A stretch of DNA of 64,000 nt, taken from positions 1 to 64,000 of the forward strand of contig CAVTHS010000003.1 in the NCBI GenBank assembly GCA_963734535.1, written 5' to 3'. Source of the stretch: an uncultured Chloroflexia bacterium (GTDB taxonomy: Bacteria > Chloroflexota > Limnocylindria > Limnocylindrales > CSP1-4). Both the position numbers and the translations under genes were made by a program. The notes beneath the pieces are model-generated. The model was not told the origin of the DNA. It saw only the letters and a list, made by a program, of their open reading frames with translations, and did not search any database. Every line of letters begins with the position of its first letter. Position 1 is the stretch's first letter. Below are positions 63,413 through 64,000 of the stretch, piece after piece.

Positions 63413-64000
63413 GTGTTCGACGCATTGGACGGGCTGGGACCCGATCAGCGGCTGCTCGGCGAGACGGTCCGCCAGTTCGCGCGCGAGGTGATCGCGCCCG
63501 GCGCGATCGCGCGTGACGAGGAGGAGCGGTTCGACCGGTCGCTGATCGGCGCGATGGCCGGCCTGGGACTCCTCGCCGGGCCATTCCCCGAATCGGCCGG
63601 CGGGGCGGGCCTGACCGCCGAGGCGTGGACGATCGTCGTGGAGGAGATCGCCGCCGCGGACATGGCCGTCGCCGTGAGCCTGTGCGTCCATGTCCTGCAC
63701 CAGAACCCGGTGGTCCGCTGGGGCACGCCCGAGCAGCAGGCCCGCTGGCTGCCCGCGATGCAGGCGGGCGAGGCGCTCGGTGCGTTCGCGCTGACCGAGC
63801 CCGGCGCCGGATCGGACGCTGCCGCGATCCGGACGCGGGCCACGCGCCTCGCGGCCGACGGCAGCCTGATCGGCCCGGACGAGCGGACCGCCGGCGACGA
63901 TTCGACCGGTGCCGCCGCCTACCGGCTCGATGGGACCAAGATCTGGATCTCGAATGCCCCTGACGCCGAGCGGTACCTCGTCTTCGCCACCCTCGACCCG
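63413..64000 (+). CDS. acyl-CoA dehydrogenase (5' part, runs off the window)
   Basis: VRQFAREVI, FALTEPGAGSD, DGTKIWISN. Confidence 0.9.
   Translation, partial: MFDALDGLGPDQRLLGETVRQFAREVIAPGAIARDEEERFDRSLIGAMAGLGLLAGPFPESAGGAGLTAEAWTIVVEEIAAADMAVAVSLCVHVLHQNPVVRWGTPEQQARWLPAMQAGEALGAFALTEPGAGSDAAAIRTRATRLAADGSLIGPDERTAGDDSTGAAAYRLDGTKIWISNAPDAERYLVFATLDP

Overview
A very GC-rich 64 kb bacterial chromosomal window. Gene content and style suggest Chloroflexota or a similar high-GC monoderm; this is an inference, since no marker gene is present. It holds about 65 genes and two tRNAs (Glu-CTC, Arg-TCT). Main blocks: (1) a frameshift-rich 5' end (SufR-like regulator, DUF1015, hydrolase, DUF1611 + enolase-family epimerase) and an orphan SPPY-type DNA methyltransferase; (2) after tRNA-Arg, an OmpR-type two-component system, an APH-family kinase and two paralogous exported proteins that share a leader but carry different Thr/Ser-Asp repeat tails, with three promoters sharing the same 11-bp-periodic box geometry (best candidate for an undescribed system); (3) a tungsten aldehyde:ferredoxin oxidoreductase module with TupABC, MoaD, MoeB and Mop; (4) a PAS kinase / receiver / GGDEF-EAL cascade and small stress membrane proteins, with a recurring ATGAC-N5-GTCAT palindrome; (5) an orphan contractile-injection-system-type effector (OmpA domain inside a metzincin) with a candidate immunity gene; (6) metabolic genes: tyrosine phenol-lyase, GMC oxidoreductase, isobutyryl-CoA-mutase-type subunits with MeaB, FolE and acyl-CoA dehydrogenases. 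Many genes appear leaderless. No CRISPR array, rRNA, integrase or transposase was seen. Many frameshifts are probably sequencing or assembly indels. All calls come from reading motifs by eye; no database search was run.
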